A stretch of 64,000 nucleotides of DNA from the IMG/VR virus record IMGVR_UViG_3300030385_002649, positions 62,001 to 126,000 of that record; one strand, given 5' to 3'. Below are positions 45,274 through 55,565 of this stretch, piece by piece. The notes under the pieces were generated by a model. It was not told the origin of the DNA. It was given only the letters and a program-made list of their open reading frames with translations, and ran no database searches. The translations under genes were made by a program, and so were the position numbers. Numbering within the stretch: the stretch's first letter is position 1; each line of letters begins with the position of its first letter.

Positions 45274-48200
45274 TAGCTGCCACCGAATCCACCTCCGCCA
45301 AAGTCTTCTCCGCCAAAATCATCGTCCACAGTAACTGTACCGCTAGTTACGTTACGAATTTCAAAAGCTATGTCATCGACAATATTGTTGTCTAAGAAGA
45401 AAGCGAAAGGATTGTTAAATGTTTCATCACCACATCCGAATGTGGTCTGAAATCTTTTTATTTCTTGAGAGCCACCTTCAGCAAGGACCATAAAGCCCTG
45501 ATCGGTAACCTGAATAATCTGACGTTCTACAGTCTCAACTCCGTCTTTAAAGACGCGACGGTTGATAACCTCACCAGATATTTCTTGGCCAGGGACCCTA
45601 GGGTCTTGGACCTGGAGTGTGTAGTCCAACCTGTCGTTGAACGTTTCGAAGATTACTCTATAAATAATGCCATAATCATCGATGAACTTAAATGACCCTT
45701 CTTGAGGGAATCGTTCATCGAAGTCCGTGAGAGGCCCACTGAATACCTCTTTTTCATCCTCGAACATCATCATGTTATTAATGGCGCCGTCCATAATGCA
45801 GGTCTGAGCGCGATATTGCTCATCCAGAATCATTGTGGAGATCAAGTCGACTCTATCACAGTTAAAATCATATGATCCGTCTGGAAGTTCGAAATGGCTT
45901 AAGTGACATCTTTCGATTGTGAGGGTTTCTGGTTCTGCTGTGACATCCGCACTGGTTCCCGTTCCCGTTCCGCCCGAATCGTCTGGGCATTCGAAACTCG
46001 TGCAGCCACAGTCCATTCTGTGTGGCCTATAATCTTCATAATCAAAATCACCAGGTCTGACGCGGACGCCAGAGCCCAGCCTAAATCTTAAAGAAGGGGC
46101 CCCTTCTCCAGTGACAATCAGAGGAAGTCCGAGAGCGATAGCTGGGCCCAATATCGTAATCCCGCCTTCAGCGCTATACAAGTCCTCGTCATATAACGAG
46201 AAACCATACCCTTCAATAGTCTCCCTTGGGAAATCGAAGTCCGTCAGATCTTCCATGTAAGAGCCGAATTCCGCAGGGTATCCGTCGATAAAGTCCGCGC
46301 CCCCGGTTGGCGTCACGCCACCCGTGATGGCTGTCGGGTCGGCTCCGGTTGTTTCGATATTTTCGAGATCCTGTGCTGTCCACACGTCATCCCCTTCAGG
46401 ACATGGGCAGTTACGATCCGCAGACTCGAAAATCGGGTCCTGGAGATCAGTGAAACAAATGAAGTTCTTCTGCTCCCCAAGAGCCTCCTCAGAGAATCTA
46501 AGAGCATCGCTTTTATGGTCGATAGCGTAGACAGGTTGACTACCAAGAGAAAAACCAGTGCTATAACAGAGGCCAGGATCTGCAGAAGACCAAACCGAGT
46601 GCGTCACATCATTCTGAGGGATCAAAGACCCATCATGAACGTCCATGTTTGGAATGTCCGCTGCGATGCCATTTCCGACATAGATCAGATCAGCGTCATC
46701 ATAAGCGATGACTTCCTCTCCGTCAGTTCCAATTTCAATCCTAGCGTTAATTTCCGGAACAGTCAATCCTGATGGGACATCTTCTGGACAATCGTAGTTG
46801 AACACATAATCCCAAGGACGCAACCGATACTCAGGGTGGTTCAGATCACTGATAAGATTGGCCATTGAAACAAACCGATGGCCAGGATAAAACATGTTAT
46901 CCTTGTCAATTTCAAGAGACGGTCTACGAGTGGCGAAGAACCTATTGTTAATAGTGTCTTCGATGTCATCTACGTATGCCCTATCAGTATAATGCAATTC
47001 AGGATTACTGAAAGCCATGACTCTAGTATAACCCTGGTCATGCCCGCTCCGGCGATAATTGGCTATGTTGGTTAAGTCAGGAGCGTTAGGGCCTTGATCC
47101 CCACATGAGAATTCATCGTTTTGTATGAGCGGTGTTAAATAATACAGCCCCAGCCCTGGCATTAGGTCGCAAGGACGGCATCTCCAGGACTCCGGAAGAA
47201 TCATGGTCAGTTCGGTCTCAGCAACCTGTTCTACTCTGCCCTTATAGCAATAGTCGGCAACGTTATTTTCAACATCACAGAGCTTGGCACGATCATCTTC
47301 AAAGTGATCAAAGTCTTTCTCTCCATTGCTGACAATTCTGTCTTGTCCGAAAGGGTTAAACTGGCAAGAATCGCCATCTGGTTGTCTAATTTGGATTCTT
47401 GAGGCCGATTGTAGAATTGGGAGAAGAGCGTCTGGAACTTCATGAGTCCCGTCTAAGTTCTTCCATGCTGCATGTTCTTGCTCGAGGAGGTCGAGGATTT
47501 CATCTCTGTGGTCTGTATCGGAGCCTTTGAAGCCTCTATCTAATGAGAACTCCGAACAGACGAAATCTGGATCATCCAGGTCGGGGATGTCGTTAGGGAT
47601 AACCGGAGGGGGTATTTGGATGTTTCCGAGATCGCTATCTGCGTCTTGGGCTAAACGGCCTCCAACACAGAAATCTTGAACGTTATAAATCTCTGGACAT
47701 TCGACTGTGAAGGTGATTTTTCTGAGCAACGAGTGGAATGCCTTGAACTTGAACAAGAATTCAAGAAGGAACTCGTAGACGTCTGATGTTGGTTGTTCCC
47801 CATTCTTGAACAACAAAATGTTAATGTCGAAGCGGTTGCTTCTCAAATCGGCCAACGCTGTAGGAAGAACGATCTTAGTTCTTTCATACGTGGCAAAGAC
47901 GTAAACCACTGTATCTCTATCGAACGAGAAATAATGGTCTAGGTCTAGGCTTACTTCATTAGTGTCAGGATTAAATCCAATACCTTCAGTACTAACAACA
48001 GGAATTCCACGTTGTGTTTCGTCGATACCTCCAACATCTTGTGAAATCAGAACGGTCGAATGACCGATTGACCCTACAGCAATTGACTCTTGAAAGTCCG
48101 ATAATTGGAAGCCTTCTGGAGTCAGAGAGCATCTTCCGGTGCTGAAAGACTCTACGTCAGTAGCAGTAGCATCCAAGGCATTTTGGAGGGCTATTTCTTG

Positions 48201-49409
48201 CGGTGTTCCTCTTGTCACAAAATAAGCATCAAGAGTGATATTACCAAGAGCTTTGAATAAAAGTGGAACGGTTAGTTGTCCGAAGCCTGGAGAGGAATAA
48301 TCGGCTATCAGAGGCTCGGAGACGCATAGCGTTTCTGTCGTGATCTCTTGATCTTCAATATCGCTTGGCAGTTGCTCGTCTGGAGCAATGAACCTTTGTC
48401 CATCCTTGCTAAACCATAAGTTAGCAACATCGATAGTGAATCCGAAAATATCGAAAAGTTCCCTAATCGCCCTCTTGGACCCTTTTAGTTGTTGGAGTTT
48501 TCTGCCATTTCTCAACATTGAACGGCGAACTTGGTCCGTTGTGCTTGGGAAATACGGTAGATCCAACCCGATGAGGTTGGCTAGGTACGGGATGTACTGC
48601 ACTGGGATCTTATCGATCCAGTTAACGCCTCTTAATAGTTCTTGCTCGTCGAAAATGTCCTGAAGGGCATCTGCGAATGGCCTATAGAAAGCAACTGTTC
48701 CGTCTTTGTCAATCGATGGGCTGTTAAAATAGAGCGCTGGGCTCCTGCGGATCATTGCGAAGTGAAGGTCGCCCGGGTGATTGATATAACTTGAAAAACG
48801 TGACTTGATAGCGCGGCTAGTATCAATACAAACCAATTCGCCGTTGGATGAAATGATTCTCTTGTAGTAAGAGCATTCCCAAACGAAATTGTACTTTCCT
48901 TCTGGGAGATCTACAGTCTCAATAATGAACGGAGTAACGTCATAATAATCGGCATCGTAATAATATGGAATTCTGTCTTTTGAACCTGGCCCTGATCTGC
49001 CGAATGCGCCGATGACGCCTCTCATTAGAGTGATCTCCATGAGGTCGCCGTTGTTGACGTCGCTATAAGTTTTTTCGTCTCCTGTTGCTGGATCGAAAAA
49101 GCGTTGGCCTGTGACGTCTATCTTTACTGATGACAGTTCTTCTGTACTAACTTCTCTTCTGAATCTTTCAAAGTTCGGTACGAAGATTCCTTGGTTTTGA
49201 ACTCCAGCTACTGGAACCTTTCCGGGTGCGTCTTCAATGTAGAAAGCGCAGTCGGTGAGGCCAGTGTCATTGATCGGAATACCGTCAATAGTACGCCTAA
49301 ATGGTACTACAAGCACTAACGGCAGGTTTACAGGCTGATAACCTGTCCTGTTTGTATTGATTGGAAATAATGAGAAGGTAGGTTGGTACCTATCAACAAC
49401 TTCTGCCAT
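45273..49409 (-). CDS. large baseplate/tail protein with P2 gpI-like segment (1378 aa)
   Basis: [15 protein letters not shown]...[30 protein letters not shown] typical of baseplate wedge proteins. Confidence 0.75.
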
Positions 49410-49716
49410 TACTTGATTTCTTTATCCTAAGTTGAGTATATTGCTGCCGAGGTATATTTACCCAGAAGGAATTGAAGGTCGGATAAACTTGACCATTAAG
49501 TTCCCATTTATTAGTATCTGTGCCCTGCTTAGTGGCAGTCAGAGGTTGTAATGGGTTTCTTTGTTTTTGAGTTGGAGTTGGGCCCGTTGGAGTCGGGTTA
49601 GGTTTTGGTTTGCACTTTTCTAATTTACAAATAGGGCCCACGGGGAACAGCCCGGAGCCCTTAATGTTGTTATATCTAACGTCTTTTGGATTTGTGCGCC
49701 GTACTTTTAAACTCAT
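49393..49716 (-). CDS. hypothetical protein, Pro/Thr-rich linker
   Basis: PKPNPTPTGPTPT. Confidence 0.6.
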   Translation of the reverse strand: MSLKVRRTNPKDVRYNNIKGSGLFPVGPICKLEKCKPKPNPTPTGPTPTQKQRNPLQPLTATKQGTDTNKWELNGQVYPTFNSFWVNIPRQQYTQLRIKKSSNGRSC

Positions 49717-49736
49717 TGTGCGGTATATTTGGTGTC

Positions 49737-50207
49737 CTAGACTGGTTGACCGTCTCCTGTGCCAGACATTTTCTTTTTAGCGAGTTCTTTAACACCAGTC
49801 AATGGAAGGTAAGCCCCACCGACAGCAAGAAGAATCTCCCACCATCCGAGAGGATCTCCAGATTTGTCGTTCTTAGCCTTGATTTCTTTTACAAGAGCTA
49901 GAGTCTCAACGCCGCTAATCTGACCGTCCTTGTTGGCGTCAAATTCTTCGACTTTAACTCCGATTCTTTCCAGTTTTCCTTCGCTCTCTAGTTTGTATTT
50001 ATCAAGCTGGATTACGGCAGCGGCTACTGCAGCTTCTTGGGCTTCTCCTGCTAGACCCTTAGCTTCTGCTATAAGTTGCGGTTTCCATTCTTCTTGCCAT
50101 TTAAGACGCATTTTTTGGTCAGCCGAATCAATGGCATCGCTAACAGCGCTAGAAACACACCCAGTAAAGGTGAGGAGCAATACAATTAAAATAGCGATTT
50201 TCTTCAT
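49737..50207 (-). CDS. lipoprotein with EF-hand loop and C-terminal hydrophobic segment
   Basis: True start ATG50207 (MKKIAILIVLLLTFTGC); DANKDGQISGVE EF-hand loop. Confidence 0.72.
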   Translation of the reverse strand: MKKIAILIVLLLTFTGCVSSAVSDAIDSADQKMRLKWQEEWKPQLIAEAKGLAGEAQEAAVAAAVIQLDKYKLESEGKLERIGVKVEEFDANKDGQISGVETLALVKEIKAKNDKSGDPLGWWEILLAVGGAYLPLTGVKELAKKKMSGTGDGQPV

Positions 50208-50217
50208 ATTATAAATT

Positions 50218-51825
50218 TCACTGAGGGTTGTTGAAACTTCTATCGATTCTTTGTGATATAGGAATTGAAGCCGCTGCTGAGGGCATAGGAAAAGCCCTAA
50301 AATATACTGGGTCATAATCAACATTAAAAATGTTGATATCAATACTTAGCAAAGCAGCAAGCGAGAACGCAAAAGATCTATCATCAAGTGTACCACCGGT
50401 AACAGTTTCAATTCCTGCTACTTCTGTTGTAGTCCCGGCATTATACACACGAACTTCAGTGTCTTCACGCATTCCGGTTAACGTTAGTGTTACGTTGTTC
50501 AGAATATTGACAGTAGCGCCACCAAGTTTCTTAAATGTTGGAGTTGTGCCACCATCGATAGTTAGATTATATGTTCCGGTAGCGGCTGTAAGGTCCAGAG
50601 CGGCGCTATCGGTCGTGTCAGCGCCGTAGCCGGTCCATGTCATTTCAGTGAATGTATAGTTGCCCGCAGTTGCTATTTCAACTGCGTGTCCTGCCCCACC
50701 TTGAATAAATTCAGTGTTGTTGAGATCGGTAGTAGTTCCAAAAGTAGGATCCTGTAGAGTTGCAATACTAGTAAGAGACACGGTCGTCACGACACACCCC
50801 TCGACATTTGCACTACCCTGTGTAAATGCTGCCGTTTCGATATTGCATGATGCAATATCGACTTTACTTGTAGCAATAAAGTCTGCTAAATTTTGAAAAT
50901 TACAACCAGTAATGTCCGCCTGTGCCGTTGCTGTAGTCCCAATAAATTCAACAATGGCACGGGTATCGACAGTACCACCCGTTGTTCCCCGACTAATGAA
51001 CGTGCTGTTGGAAATGCTGATAACGGTGCTGGCATTCTCAAGGTTGATGTCCAGACCAAAGAAACCGACCGAATTGAGGAACTCAGCATCAGGCCAAACG
51101 ACAACCTCTCCCGAACTCGTGAACTCGGCTCCGGTTCCGCTATCACCAACGGTGAGGACACCGGTAACGAAAAGAATACCGTTGCGCGTCGAGACGATCC
51201 CCCAGCGATTAGTGCCCGCAGAGTCCTCGTCGGTCGTAGCGAAGAGGGCGAAGTTGCCGTCAGTGCCTCCGATTCCGTCAAGGCAGGTCAGCCCGGTACC
51301 GCTAGTGATGTTGTCAACCGCATCACTAGCAACATTCTCTGATTTACTAGTAGCGCTGAAATCACATGTCCACGAGTAGAAGTCGATAGACGAAAGTGTT
51401 AAGCCACCATTAACAGCGCTAGCGTTGCCCCCATTTGGATCAATCGGAATGATAAGCCAACCACCCAGTAGCGGATAATCATCATTTCCAGCCACGTAGT
51501 AATCATCAGAGTTACCAGCACCTCCTGTTCCAATAGATAATACGCCTCCAGGTGCAGCTTTAGCTAGCAAAGATGACGAGTTAGTAGCAATACATTTTGC
51601 TATCCAGACTAATGGAGTCGTATAATCAGTTGCTGCTCCTAAATTCAATTGCTGACCACGCAGCGAAGTACCAACCTTACTAGAAATAGAGAATGATCCT
51701 TGATAGACAAAGTCGGGCTCGGCGACGGCCTTGGCGCCACCACCACCAATGCCTGTCCAGACCGTTCCGACAGCGTCAGCGTCGTTGACGCGTGTTCCGT
51801 CGAACGTGACAGCAGCAGCAGCCAT
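50218..51825 (-). CDS. virion structural protein, Gly/Thr-rich beta-rich (535 aa)
   Basis: Composition and position in the structural block. Confidence 0.7.
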   Translation of the reverse strand: MAAAAVTFDGTRVNDADAVGTVWTGIGGGGAKAVAEPDFVYQGSFSISSKVGTSLRGQQLNLGAATDYTTPLVWIAKCIATNSSSLLAKAAPGGVLSIGTGGAGNSDDYYVAGNDDYPLLGGWLIIPIDPNGGNASAVNGGLTLSSIDFYSWTCDFSATSKSENVASDAVDNITSGTGLTCLDGIGGTDGNFALFATTDEDSAGTNRWGIVSTRNGILFVTGVLTVGDSGTGAEFTSSGEVVVWPDAEFLNSVGFFGLDINLENASTVISISNSTFISRGTTGGTVDTRAIVEFIGTTATAQADITGCNFQNLADFIATSKVDIASCNIETAAFTQGSANVEGCVVTTVSLTSIATLQDPTFGTTTDLNNTEFIQGGAGHAVEIATAGNYTFTEMTWTGYGADTTDSAALDLTAATGTYNLTIDGGTTPTFKKLGGATVNILNNVTLTLTGMREDTEVRVYNAGTTTEVAGIETVTGGTLDDRSFAFSLAALLSIDINIFNVDYDPVYFRAFPMPSAAASIPISQRIDRSFNNPQ

Positions 51826-52304
51826 TATTCAACCCCTCGGCCGATAAGACGCATGGGGTAGCGCTCGGGGTAGGAGCAGACGAGCACAGTCTGGTTCCGC
51901 TCGCGGCTTACCCTCTCAACCGCTAGCCGGGCCTCGTGCGTATCCTGTGCGCCCTCAGAGGTAGGAATTGCCCGCAGCGCGTTTTCAATTGGCAGTACGT
52001 CGTCAAGTACAACGCCAACGAGGTCAGGCCGATCCTCTTCCGCACCATAGCCTCGAATCCACATGCAGGTGTAGCCGCAGGCAGGCTTTGGCCTATTGGC
52101 ATAGTCTGTACAGTTAAGGCCGTCGTCACAGATCTCGTCCTTGAGCTTGCTGCACGGAACAAGTGGAGGTTTTTTGAGGGCTTCAATCGAGAAATAGGTA
52201 CAGCATACTGTGCAACTACCGCAGTTTCGGCCTTTAACAGGCTCAAATGCTTTCTTGATTGCCGCAAGCTGCAATTTTCTACCTTTAGACTTTTTACTTG
52301 GCAT
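51825..52304 (-). CDS. YkgJ/FliB-like CxxCxxCC cluster protein
   Basis: CGSCTVCC...C...C..Y..RP..C.Y.C.W; ATG52304 likelier than the track start 52325. Confidence 0.8.
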   Translation of the reverse strand: MPSKKSKGRKLQLAAIKKAFEPVKGRNCGSCTVCCTYFSIEALKKPPLVPCSKLKDEICDDGLNCTDYANRPKPACGYTCMWIRGYGAEEDRPDLVGVVLDDVLPIENALRAIPTSEGAQDTHEARLAVERVSRERNQTVLVCSYPERYPMRLIGRGVE

Positions 52305-52329
52305 GGGGATCTCCAATCCTTCCACAATC

Positions 52330-52337
52330 TATTTTTA
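52330..52337 (-). promoter_or_regulatory. TAAAAATA putative late promoter
   Basis: Upstream of the YkgJ-like gene. Confidence 0.45.
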
Positions 52338-53147
52338 AATCAATCCGGGAATGAGAGAAGTGCGATTTCCAATGATGTTGACTAACTCTCCGTAGCTTCC
52401 AACAGTTGTTGGAGTAGTCGCAATAGTCCAAACCGCATTTGCGATAGCGTTATTGTCAACTGCAGCTGTGGCGGTTCTAGCTAGAACCACCATTTGGTCT
52501 CCTGCTGAAGGCGCAAGAGGAAAATCAGGACTGACGAAAATTGTTCCATCAGATGTGTAATCCGAGATAGTCCGAGCAAGGATTATAGGAGCGGTTCCAA
52601 GAGTTCCAATCCAAATGACCAATTGACCATTGAAAAAGTCATCAGGATAATCAGCGTTCCCAGTAGGAATGACTCCCTCGCTAAGGCTCGTAGATGCTAT
52701 AACGGTAAATTGCTCCGATATGAGAGTTGCAAAAATCGTCGAAACATCGCTTTCGATATCGGTAACAATGTTTTCCACATTATTAAGAGAAGTCTGGATA
52801 TCAGTAATCGTTGTAGCACCTGCAATATCGTTCAGATCTTTTTCAGCTACATTTAATACTTTACTAAATGCCGTTCTAATTTTCGGTTTTACAGATGAAT
52901 CAATTTGAACAACAACACCATAATCACCTATCCCATTGGCCAATAAAAAAGCTGAAGTAACATTAAAATAATAAAACCCAGCCTTCTGCGTAGATTCTGC
53001 AACTACAAAAGCATCAGTTGCAGAATCATCTCCGTCAACTATGGTAGCAATAAAGTCAGAAGGTATCATCCCAGTTCTGAGATTGCCTTTAGAATCTATG
53101 ACAGAAAACCAACCTCTAAATCCAGTTGAATCCTTAGTAAACCACAT
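52335..53147 (-). CDS. probable virion structural protein (270 aa)
   Basis: ORF in the structural block; its C-terminal pattern recurs in 53147..53944. Confidence 0.7.
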   Translation of the reverse strand: MWFTKDSTGFRGWFSVIDSKGNLRTGMIPSDFIATIVDGDDSATDAFVVAESTQKAGFYYFNVTSAFLLANGIGDYGVVVQIDSSVKPKIRTAFSKVLNVAEKDLNDIAGATTITDIQTSLNNVENIVTDIESDVSTIFATLISEQFTVIASTSLSEGVIPTGNADYPDDFFNGQLVIWIGTLGTAPIILARTISDYTSDGTIFVSPDFPLAPSAGDQMVVLARTATAAVDNNAIANAVWTIATTPTTVGSYGELVNIIGNRTSLIPGLI

Positions 53148-53944
53148 TAAGACACCCCTCCCCTATTGACATCATGTTTGTTAAGTATAATTATCGAAGC
53201 GCCATCTGACGGGACAAAAGGAAGAGGATCAATCAAATCAATTTGTCCCGTTGAGAAATACTGGTCTATTTGGCGAGTTGCCACATTATTTCCAACTGAA
53301 TCAATGACAATTATAGAAGAATCGTCATAATATCCGTCGGGTTTAATTAATAACGTTTGTAAGGACGAGTTTGTGCTCACATTGGTACCAGCATTATCAA
53401 CCATGCTTGTGCCTGAAATTATAGCATCCTGTAAATTTAAAACAACATCTCCGATCGATCCAGCGATAATGCTATTAACGCTAACGTCCCAAACAGCCTG
53501 AGAAATTTCAGCAGCTGTTATTGTAGCTTCAACAAGGTTATCAACAACCAGAGTAGAAACTGTTGAAGTAGCAAAGGGAACATCCCCAACCGTAATAAAA
53601 GGAGGGTCGCCGGACTCGGTGAAAAGGTTACCAGTGAAGTTGATACCGTGATCCAACACAATGCGCCAGCCGTTAATAAGGAAGAACGTTCTTCCTAGAA
53701 ATTCACCGCCGGGCAACGGGTCACCACCAGTTGACCTAAAAGCAGCGACCCACTTCATGTTGATCGCGCTCGCGATCAACATCCATTCTTTCCATGCGGA
53801 ATAAAGGTCGATTCTAACGTCAATTTCGGTAATATCAATAGGTATAGTTATAAGACGGTTAAAACCATCAAAGTTGACTTTATGAGCTAAATCCCAAAAG
53901 TCCCAGAAGTATCCATAGGTATGATGCATAACACTAGATATCAA
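53147..53944 (-). CDS. probable virion structural protein (265 aa)
   Basis: DLYSAWKEW...GGDPLPGG...FFLINGWRI resembles a segment of 55566..58310. Confidence 0.7.
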   Translation of the reverse strand: MISSVMHHTYGYFWDFWDLAHKVNFDGFNRLITIPIDITEIDVRIDLYSAWKEWMLIASAINMKWVAAFRSTGGDPLPGGEFLGRTFFLINGWRIVLDHGINFTGNLFTESGDPPFITVGDVPFATSTVSTLVVDNLVEATITAAEISQAVWDVSVNSIIAGSIGDVVLNLQDAIISGTSMVDNAGTNVSTNSSLQTLLIKPDGYYDDSSIIVIDSVGNNVATRQIDQYFSTGQIDLIDPLPFVPSDGASIIILNKHDVNRGGVS

Positions 53945-55553
53945 TCCCTGTAAAGCTAAATTTTACTGTAGTATCACCTGCTGTAGGCTCTAAGGATTCC
54001 ATTGTTATTGTTAAATTATCTTGGCTATCGTCAGCATTTAATCTGCCAGCAGTGCCAAGAAGATTGAAATTTGGCGGCATGGGCAAATTATGGCCGCCAG
54101 GAGCCAAATACCAATCATATATTAAGTATCCTCCGCCAAATGTACCAGTTAAATTAACATCTCCCGCATTGTCAATGTCTATTTGACTCCATACCCCACC
54201 AGTTACAGTAGAGAATGTGTACATTTGAATATGGCACGCCTGTCCGGTAACAAAACATCTTAACGATTCAGGAACAATCGTCTTATTGTTCCTAATCCCA
54301 TTTATTGCCAATGTTGGTCGCCAAGATGCAGCAAAAGCCTCTCCACTAAATGTTCCAGCGCTTTTTACTGTCCATTTGACAGATCGCCTCTCTAAAGTAG
54401 GAACAATCTTTCCTTCCACTTCAACTTGAGCGCAAGTAAGCTTTAGCCTACTTGGGCTCACGACAGGAGTTATGTTCTCTATTTCTAATCTAATTGGCAA
54501 CGTGCCAGAAGTCATATAAGGGCGATCTAATGAGTTTGGGTTATGAAAATCATGTATTAAGATTCTCTCTCCAGCAGGCGAGAAAATCCCAAAGCGTACA
54601 CGGCCAGCGCCGAGCCAGGCAAAGTCAATCCAGTAAATGTTGACATTTGTTACATCTAGCAGAACATTGCTGGCATTGGCCTCGTCCCTACTGCCATCAA
54701 GTTTGTCTTCCCCCCAGCTGCCTTGAAGCACTCTAGTTTCTATTACAGACCCAGATGTGTTCGACCTTTGAACTACACAAAGGTCGGCGCCAAGTTGCTC
54801 AAAATACAACCCATTAAAATCATCGAAATACCCCCAACGCCTACGAAGCCCAGCCTTCCCGTTATCTCCACATGTGACAGTCATCTCAATAAGCTGTCCA
54901 AATCCAGGCTGGTAAATGTGGTAACGGTCTGTAGTAGATCTTACCATATCGCCAGAATCTATACCTATATCTAATGCAATGGAAGACTCATCTGGTAAAT
55001 GAGTAACATCTACTGCTGGAGCTGTCCCACTTACCTCGTGGCTCCACTCTGTGCTATCCATATCATAGTGAAAAGTATAAGCAGCCAGCTGTTCGCTAGG
55101 GGCTACTTTAGATGCTCCGAAAGCACTTAATTGTTGAGAACCGTCAGTAAATCTAACAAAAGCTGACCCATTTCTGTCAACTCTTTGCCCGAATGTTGGA
55201 TTATTGGCTCCAAGCACAATGTGGCCTGGAGGGTAAAATGGGATACTAGTTGTAACTTCGGCGTACTTGGTAGCATTAACATTTAAATCGTCATTGGGCG
55301 TAACATCTTGGACCGTAGATGTTATGCTGGGATTTACATAGATTGTGCCGCTAGCAGTTAAATTGCCAGGTCTTAGAGCTATTACTGTTCCAACGAAGTT
55401 ATTTCCTGGTGCTGTAATTTCATCATCAACAACGAAGTCTGTGACGCCGTTCTTGTAATCTATAGCTAGATATACACCTGTGACCATCCTCTTGCCAGCT
55501 CCATCTGGCGGGATTCTGATATAAGAATTTGGTCCAGTGTCGAGATCTGCCAT
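53934..55553 (-). CDS. phage virion structural protein (539 aa)
   Basis: YQPG...WGYFD..NGLYFE...W.EDKLDG...IYWIDFAWLGAGRVRFG, a pattern I recall from uncultured tailed-phage proteins. Confidence 0.75.
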   Translation of the reverse strand: MADLDTGPNSYIRIPPDGAGKRMVTGVYLAIDYKNGVTDFVVDDEITAPGNNFVGTVIALRPGNLTASGTIYVNPSITSTVQDVTPNDDLNVNATKYAEVTTSIPFYPPGHIVLGANNPTFGQRVDRNGSAFVRFTDGSQQLSAFGASKVAPSEQLAAYTFHYDMDSTEWSHEVSGTAPAVDVTHLPDESSIALDIGIDSGDMVRSTTDRYHIYQPGFGQLIEMTVTCGDNGKAGLRRRWGYFDDFNGLYFEQLGADLCVVQRSNTSGSVIETRVLQGSWGEDKLDGSRDEANASNVLLDVTNVNIYWIDFAWLGAGRVRFGIFSPAGERILIHDFHNPNSLDRPYMTSGTLPIRLEIENITPVVSPSRLKLTCAQVEVEGKIVPTLERRSVKWTVKSAGTFSGEAFAASWRPTLAINGIRNNKTIVPESLRCFVTGQACHIQMYTFSTVTGGVWSQIDIDNAGDVNLTGTFGGGYLIYDWYLAPGGHNLPMPPNFNLLGTAGRLNADDSQDNLTITMESLEPTAGDTTVKFSFTGIDI

Positions 55554-55565
55554 AGGCTACCAGCT

